14,211 bases of DNA, from the NCBI RefSeq assembly GCF_000143415.4, contig NW_003314398.1:197527-211737 (forward strand). The letters are read 5' to 3'. Each line of letters starts with the position of its first letter. Position 1 is the first letter of the stretch. A model generated the notes under the pieces. That model ran no database searches, was not told where the DNA came from, and saw only the letters and a program-made list of their open reading frames with translations. The translations under genes and the position numbers were made by a program. The DNA is from Selaginella moellendorffii. Taxonomy: Eukaryota; Plantae; Lycopodiophyta. Below are positions 7,029-14,211 of this stretch, one piece after another.

Positions 7029-8976
7029 AGTAAGGCGCAGCACAGGGCTGTGCTGGTAACTTGGCGATATCTCGAAGCTAAACCTGTGAAGGATCATGGT
7101 CAGCGCAACCTTGGCCTCCATGAGAGCGAATCCTTGGCCGAGGCAAACCCGGGGGCCGTGAGAGAAGGGGAGAAAGGCAAACGGGTGCTTGGAGGCGTTG
7201 GCCACACCGTCAGCGAAGCGCTGTGGATTGAACTCGTTGGCATCTTCGCCCCACACTTCCTTGTCGTGGAGGATAGAGAGTATCGGCACGAGAACGCCGG
7301 TTCCCTCTGGAACCATCAAGTTTCCCAGCTTCGTGTCCTCCATGGCCGTGCGGACCAAGAACACGGCCGGTGGATACAGCCGCAGTGTCTCGTTGAGCAC
7401 CATTCCCACCTGGAAGAAAATGAGAACAATGAGAAACGAGAGGAGGAAATCTAGATCTTGCTCACGATCTTTAGCTTGCTGGCTGCTTCTGAATCCGGGA
7501 CGCCAGACTTACAAACCTCCAGCACCTCAGCTCGAGCACGCTCTTGCCAAGTCGGGTTTGTGGCGAGCAGCATCATCGCCCAGGTTATCAGCTTGGCTGT
7601 GGTTTCATGGCCAGCGACGTAAAAGGTCTTGCATTCCTCTATCAGGCTCTCGCTCGTGAATGCCAGCTCTGGCTTGATCCCGCTGCCGCTGAAGCTGCGG
7701 CTCGAGTCCACTTCGTCGAGCATCAAACCGAGAAGATCGCTGCCATAGTTGCTGCTAGCACCCGAGTCTTTGAGCTGCTGTCGCGCATGGACGATCTCGA
7801 GCAGCAGATTGTCCACCTTTTTCTGTCCGTTTCTTATGGCTCGGTTAAGCTCGCTGAAAGGATTCATGCTGCATACAAAACCTCCCAGCGATCAAATGGG
7901 AACAAAACCATGAACGGGAATACCTCTCAATCCATGGCTTGGAGAATCTCTGTAGGATAATCGCGGTCAGCTCTTGAACGAGCTCCAGAACGCGACGGCC
8001 ATGCGCATGGCCGCTTCCAAATGCTGTCCGAGATATCACGTCCGCAGTCAGCTCAGTGATGGGCTCGCTTACCTCCACTTCTACGCCACTGCTATCTCGC
8101 GTTAGAGCAAGCCATTTGTCCAGCATCTCGGATACGCAATCCACCATAGTCCCGACCATTCCCTGCGAAGAAAGAAGAAGAGGCGAAGGTCGAGAGAAGC
8201 TCGAGAAGAGAGACGTTTGGCCACCACCTTTATCTTCTCCTGGTAGAAGGCGGGCGACATGATATGGCGGCGAAAGGCCCACTCGTCTCCATTCACAACG
8301 ACGAGGCCTCTGCCAATGACTTGCATGAGGAACTTCTGCTGGATGGAGGAGCGCCAAAACACCCCGGATTTGTTGTAGAGCACGTCCTTGACCATGTCCA
8401 GGTCCGTGAGAACGATGCGAGGCTCGTAGCCCCACCACATCATCATCGGAGACCCTGGTGATGATCGAAAGACAAACAATCAAAGATTAACAGAGAAACA
8501 CTTCCAAGACAAACAAAGAGCCAGCGAATTTTCGAAAGAAAGAAGAAACGCAAGGAAACACCTCATCCCTGGCGATGATCGACAAAAAAAAAAAACAATC
8601 AAAAAGTGCCAGAGACACAAAGGAGGAAATCCTCCAAGAGCAACAAAACAAACAAGTAGCGACTTTTCTCGAGAAAGAAAGAAGAGCAAAGGAACATACC
8701 ATAGATTTTTTCCCAGTGTAGCGAGTGAGGCTGGGCGTAGCCAACGATGTCGTGAGAGATGCCCTCCATGCAGCGCTCCTCGGCGGCGGCCCGCATTTCC
8801 ATCATCTCGCGGATGTTCCCGCGGAGGATGGACCGCGGAGGCCCTCCAATCCCCTGGCGGCGCAGCTTGGCCTCTAGAATCCATGGCCTCGCTACATAGT
8901 CTCTCACAAACCCAACCCAAGCGCCCCACGCAAGCAGCGGGAGGAGCAGCAGCGCCGCGAGGAGCAGCAGCGCCAT
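6978..8976 (-). CDS. Cytochrome P450, CYP72 clan, 525 aa; exons 8976-8700, 8454-8228, 8162-7924, 7868-7466, 7409-6978
   Basis: All introns are GT-AG and the phases (1,0,2,0) join into one open frame. N-terminal anchor, LRRQGIGGPP, TADVISRTAFGS, ECKTFYVAGHETT, ETLRLYPP, NPQRF and FSHGPRVCLG. Confidence 0.95.
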
Positions 8977-9339
8977 GGCATCAAATGGAGGAAACCCCCA
9001 TGAAGAAGCAGCAAAAAAGATTGGATCGATGCTCGCGCGCTCTGGATCTAGGTAGTCAACCCGCAAAACGCCATAAAGGAGGCGAGAAATGGGGGCCCAA
9101 AACACATGACCCACGTACGTATCGCGGCAGCCGTAGCGCATGGAGATTTTGCTGGCGAGTCACGAGCTTTGGACTCCCCAATCTGTCAAAGCTGGGAGAG
9201 AGGAGAGATTAGATGACCAAAGCTCTGGAGAACGAGGGCGATGATTCTCATTGTTGATACTGTGCTACAAATATTTGAAGCGAGACTTGCTAGGACTTTG
9301 CTGAAACTCTCGAAGCTTAGGAAGAGTTATGATGAGGGA

Positions 9340-11095
9340 TCATATTTTCTCCATGACGAGAGGAAGACCGTGGCAAGGTCTGAGCGTAACTTTGACCACC
9401 GGGCAGTGGCGATACGATGGCGACAACCGAAACCGGAAGCGCTGGAGAATGGTGGCCAAGGCGATCTTGGCTTCCACGAGTGAAAAGGACTGGCCGACGC
9501 ACACGCGGGGCCCGAGCGAGAAGGCCAGGAGCGCGTTCGGATGCTTGGACGCCTTGGCAACGCCATCCTTGAAACGCTCCGGATTGAACTCTTGGGCGTC
9601 CTCTCCCCAGAGCTCCTTGTCGTGGTGGATGGCGAGGATTGGAAAGGAGATCCCCGCTCCCTTTGGGACGAGGATAACTCCCAGTATGGTGTCCTCGAAG
9701 CACGATCGCATCATTGACACCACCGGTGGATACAGGCGGAGAGTTTCGTGGAGGATCATGTTGATCTAGCCATGAGAAAGAAAGCTTGAGCTCGTCAAAC
9801 TCGAAAGTAACGTAAAACCTTTACCAGCTTGAGCTTGCTGATTGAATCGGCATCTGGAGTGGCACCTTCGCAGACTTCCTGGGCCTCGGCGCGAGCGCGC
9901 TCCTGCCATTCCGGGTGCAAAGCAAGCAGCATTATGGACCAGGTGAGCAGAATTGCCGTCGTCTCGTGGCCAGCAAAGTAGAAAGTCTTGCACTCCTCCA
10001 TCACGGCCCGATCGTCGAAAGAAGAGTTTCCACACTCGGCAAGCATCAACCCCAGCAAGTCATGACTCTGGCCACTCTGAGCTCGCCGCTCCTTGATCAG
10101 GCCAAGCAGCAGCGAGTCGAGGTCGCTGTAGAGCTTTCTCAATCGAAAGTTTGCTGGAAACGGAAGGAATCTGCGGTCAGAAAATCGTGTTATAGTACGT
10201 AAACGAAAGAGATTTGATCACCTTTTGCCTGGTACATAGTTGTATCGATCGACCTTGGAAAGCTCCTCTTGGATTGCTCTCAAGGTTTCGAAGACCTTCT
10301 GGCCTTTGAGATAGCTGCTTCCGAATGCCGTGTGGGAGATAATGTCTGCGGTTAGCTTTGAGAATTCACTGCTCATTTCAATCTCGGGCTGCTCGCGGAG
10401 CGCTTCTTCCCACCTGTCTAGCATCTCGAGCGCGCACAGTCCGATACGGGGCACCATTTTCTGGTTTGTATGAAGTGATCAAAGTTGATATGACGAAGGA
10501 AAGAAAGAGAAATGCAACCTTGAGCTTCTCTAGGTAGAAAGCTGGAGCCACAACACGTCGATGGTGGCTCCACTCGTCACCATTCACGGCAATGAGCCCT
10601 CTGCCGATTATGGATGCGATTGCAGAAACCATCATGTCCGATTTCTCAAACTGAGTAACTTTCTTGGCAAGAACTTCTCTGATGAGCTCGGGCTCCGTGA
10701 CCATGATCCTCGGCTCTGTCGCCCACCAGTAGAAATACATCTTTCCTGGGAAGAAATCCTCCAGAGTCTAACTCAACTTACGATAGAAACGAGAAGAGAG
10801 ACTAACCGTATTCCTTGGACCACTGGTGGTAATCCAGCAACACATGCTCCACAATGTCGTGATTCAAGCCTGCCATGTCCCGCTCCTTGGGAGTGTCTCT
10901 CATCTTCATCACCTGGAGCATATTCCCGGCCAAGAAAGTCCTTGGCGGCCCCTGGATACCCTGGCTTCGAATCCTTGTGTCGAGCGATCTTGGCTCCAGC
11001 CAATACCTGGTGACAATTGATCGCCATAGCTTCGCAACCAGTGCTAGCAACACGAGCAGCGCGCCCGTCCACACTGCCTTGCCAATGCCCTCCAT
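9340..11095 (-). CDS. Cytochrome P450, CYP72 clan, 508 aa; exons 11095-10807, 10745-10519, 10460-10222, 10170-9825, 9765-9340
   Basis: GT-AG introns of 61, 58, 51 and 59 nt at the same positions as the neighbouring gene. IRSQGIQGPP, TADIISHTAFGSSY, ECKTFYFAGHETT, ETLRLYPP, NPERF and FSLGPRVCVG. Confidence 0.95.
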
Positions 11096-11221
11096 TTCTC
11101 ACAACAAACAAGTGACCCAATATCAAAATTATCGAAGTTCCCGACAAGCAGGTCACCACGTTCGAGAACGTGAGCACGACTAAACTTTGCGGCAGAAACT
11201 TTAACGGTTGCTGCGGAGTAG

Positions 11222-14211
11222 CTTTCACTGATTGGGACGATTTGAAGACCGCATTTTAAATGCTTTTTGCCATACAGGATTCCTTCAATGAGTGAGTGAT
11301 GAGCTCAGTATGAATACCTTGCTGCCAGGAGAAACTATTTGCAATGAGATTTTGGTGACTCCAGGATCTAAAATTTGCAGAAGATGATCAAGTTCATTAT
11401 TTTTGGCAAGGTTTACCAAAGAGTGCATCCTTCTATGTGTGACATCATGAACCAGCTAATCTTGACACAACAATCACTTTGGCATCACGGTTTGAGCAGG
11501 CCAAATTGCCAAGTCATTTTGAACATATTCAAGCATTATCAATCTTTGGAGGAATGGCTACACAGTTAGTAGGCTTGCTAAATCATACAAATTTAGGAGT
11601 CTATCCAGGCAGAGTATCTGGAATTTTGAATCTAGCAAGTGTGATAGCTCCAACTTTGATCTCAACAGTGGCTCCAATGGCTCTTATGGAATTTCAGGTT
11701 CCAGTTCCATCACTAGAGGTGTAGATGAACAAAGTTAAAGAAGATTTAGTCGAGGCTCTTACAAAGAAGATGGGGGACTTACAAGTTAATTGGATCAAGG
11801 GTGTTCAGAATCCTCCCCAGCCAGGGCGTGATCGCTCAAATGTTTGGTGCATGAAATCACTCAAATATCTAGTGGCTCCAAGTTATCATGTTCAAATGCA
11901 AAGTCTATCACCATATTGGCCACAAGTTCCATACCAAGAGAATACAACACAACAGTATGCATCCACAAGTGTTCCAGTGTATGCTGTAGGAGTTGGAGTG
12001 CAAGAGTAGAAAGGGATGGGATGTCGAAGAGGCTGTGGCAGAGGTCCTCAATGCTATAGATGCTAGGAGTTTAGTTATATTCAAGCAGATTGTCCAAATG
12101 TAAAGAAGCCAAAGTTTACCAGCCAATGCGAGTGTGCGAGACTCAAGGCCTCCATCCTCAAGATCAGTGTCCTTACAAGTTGAAGCAGGATTGTGGCAAG
12201 CAAGTAGTCGATTCGCGATCTGTGTTTGTTCAAGAAGCAGACCTAGACCAGACTCATTATAAGCTAGACACAAGTTGTGGTTGTGGAAAAAAAGATGTGC
12301 TTACCTAGATGGTGCAAACTCGCAGCCAGTGGCATGATCAAAATGAGGAGGTTTTTGGAGATCCTGAAGAAGAGAGTGATCTTGAGCGCATTGCAAGAAG
12401 GTAGAGGTGTGAGGCCAAGGGAAAAAGAGCCACAGACATTTTAGGTCCAGCCCTATTTACTTCNNNNNNNNNNNNNNNNNNNNNNNNNNNNNNNNNNNNN
12501 NNNNNNNNNNNNNNNNNNNNNNNNNNNNNNNNNNNNNNNNNNNNNNNNNNNNNNNNNNNNNNNNNNNNNNNNNNNNNNNNNNNNNNNNNNNNNNNNNNNN
12601 NNNNNNNNNNNNNNNNNNNNNNNNNNNNNNNNNNNNNNNNNNNNNNNNNNNNNNNNNNNNNNNNNNNNNNNNNNNNNNNNNNNNNNNNNNNNNNNNNNNN
12701 NNNNNNNNNNNNNNNNNNNNNNNNNNNNNNNNNNNNNNNNNNNNNNNNNNNNNNNNNNNNNNNNNNNNNNNNNNNNNNNNNNNNNNNNNNNNNNNNNNNN
12801 NNNNNNNNNNNNNNNNNNNNNNNNNNNNNNNNNNNNNNNNNNNNNNNNNNNNNNNNNNNNNNNNNNNNNNNNNNNNNNNNNNNNNNNNNNNNNNNNNNNN
12901 NNNNNNNNNNNNNNNNNNNNNNNNNNNNNNNNNNNNNNNNNNNNNNNNNNNNNNNNNNNNNNNNNNNNNNNNNNNNNNNNNNNNNNNNNNNNNNNNNNNN
13001 NNNNNNNNNNNNNNNNNNNNNNNNNNNNNNNNNNNNNNNNNNNNNNNNNNNNNNNNNNNNNNNNNNNNNNNNNNNNNNNNNNNNNNNNNNNNNNNNNNNN
13101 NNNNNNNNNNNNNNNNNNNNNNNNNNNNNNNTGAAGATGGATGTAGTAGGGCTGAACTTTTACATGGATTTTGTGATTCTTAGGATGAGTCTTGGTGAAT
13201 TAACTCATCCATGACTTCTAGGCCGACCTTGTTGGTGCAAGCTGATGCTTCTCAATACTATCATAAAGGCTTGATGAGGATTCAAAGTGGAAATTTCAAA
13301 TGCAAGATTCAAGCTAGTGTTTGAGAAGTGTCAAAGTCAAACTAGCCAGTGGAAATTGAGAGGGATGATAACATCAGTGATATTACTTCTGGTAGTGAGG
13401 AAGAGGAGAATTCTTGCTCTAATTCAGGTTCTAGTGATGACTAAGAAGAGGACAAAGAAGTAACTCTGGTCCAGAAAGAGAAAATGATAAATTATGCCAA
13501 CTTGGCATTGTCCCCTTTTGAGTGGGATTCTAGTAGTGATCGTTTGAAGCATTGGTTATGGAAAGGGGATGTGGTATGTAGCATGGTACAAGTTGAAGTT
13601 CCAGAGCTTTCAGACGAGGCTAAGCTATTACAATATCTAGAACATTTTTTTGCAAGTTGAGGTGGCAAAAAAATCTTTTGCAATTTATGAAGAGCCAACA
13701 ATACAAGTTGGAAAGGAGTTGAGATTTATCAAGCCTCCCGAGTTGATCAATTTGGATCTGGGGATGCCAGGAAGCTCTAGGGTGGTGAAGATTGGTGCCC
13801 AATTGGATTATGAGAAGCAGATGAGTTTAGTGAAGTTGTTGTCTAACTATTGAGATATTTTTGCATGGACTGACAAGGACATGAAAGGGATTGATCCAGC
13901 TCTAACTGTTCATATTATTCCTCTAGTTCCTGGTGCTGTGCCAGTGCGTCAACAACCCTATCACTCTAATCCCCATTACTCCAAAACTGTGAGAGAAGAG
14001 ATTGAGAAGTTGTTGTGAGTTGGTTTTATCTTTGAAATGGAAGTTAGTGAGTGGCTTTCTCCAATTGTAGTCATTAAGAAGAAGAATAATCAGCTCTGCA
14101 TTTCTGTAGATTACAGAGAGCTGAATGATGCAACAAGGTAAGATGGCTTTCTATTGCTATTTATGGATACAATGCTGGATTTAGTTCCAGGCCATGGGCT
14201 CTACACTTTTC
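11222..14211 (+). mobile_element. Degenerate Ty3/gypsy LTR retrotransposon internal region (gag, protease C-terminus, RT N-terminus)
   Basis: gag motifs FTDWDDLKTAF, PGETI and VHYFWQGLP; zinc-knuckle relic VCETQGLHPQDQCP (~12130-12175); protease-like MDFVIL...LLGRP (~13165-13230); RT DIFAWTDKDMKGIDP, PVRQQPY, WLSPIVVIKKKN, VDYRELNDAT (13855-14140). Protease followed by RT is the gypsy order. Many stops and frameshifts. Confidence 0.92.
12464..13131. other. Assembly gap (668 N)
   Basis: Run of N inside the retrotransposon. Confidence 1.

Noticed and set aside
8930-8975. GAGGAGCAGCAGCGCC short repeat
   Set aside because: Leu/Ala codons of the P450 membrane anchor.

Overview
Plant nuclear DNA, most likely a Selaginella-type lycophyte (inferred from 51-65 nt introns and long arrays of 31-aa SS-type PPR motifs). 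The window is a decaying tandem array. In order: the 3' half of a CYP72-clan P450 pseudogene (1-584) fused to a minus-strand PPR pseudogene (585-1672); two small secreted-peptide gene units (A intact, B broken); a 1.17 kb AT-rich insert; a second PPR pseudogene copy (3741-4244); two more peptide units (A' intact, B' broken); an intact intronless PLS/E-class PPR gene (+) whose 3' end overlaps an intact 5-exon CYP72-clan P450 (-); a second intact 5-exon CYP72-clan P450 (-); and a degenerate Ty3/gypsy retrotransposon with an assembly gap. The most novel element is a four-copy family of 44-codon genes encoding a signal peptide plus an 18-aa Pro/Lys-rich mature peptide. The mature region is highly divergent between copies, while the TATA plus triple W-box promoter is nearly invariant, which suggests a defence or signalling peptide family. 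All alignments and counts were done by eye.
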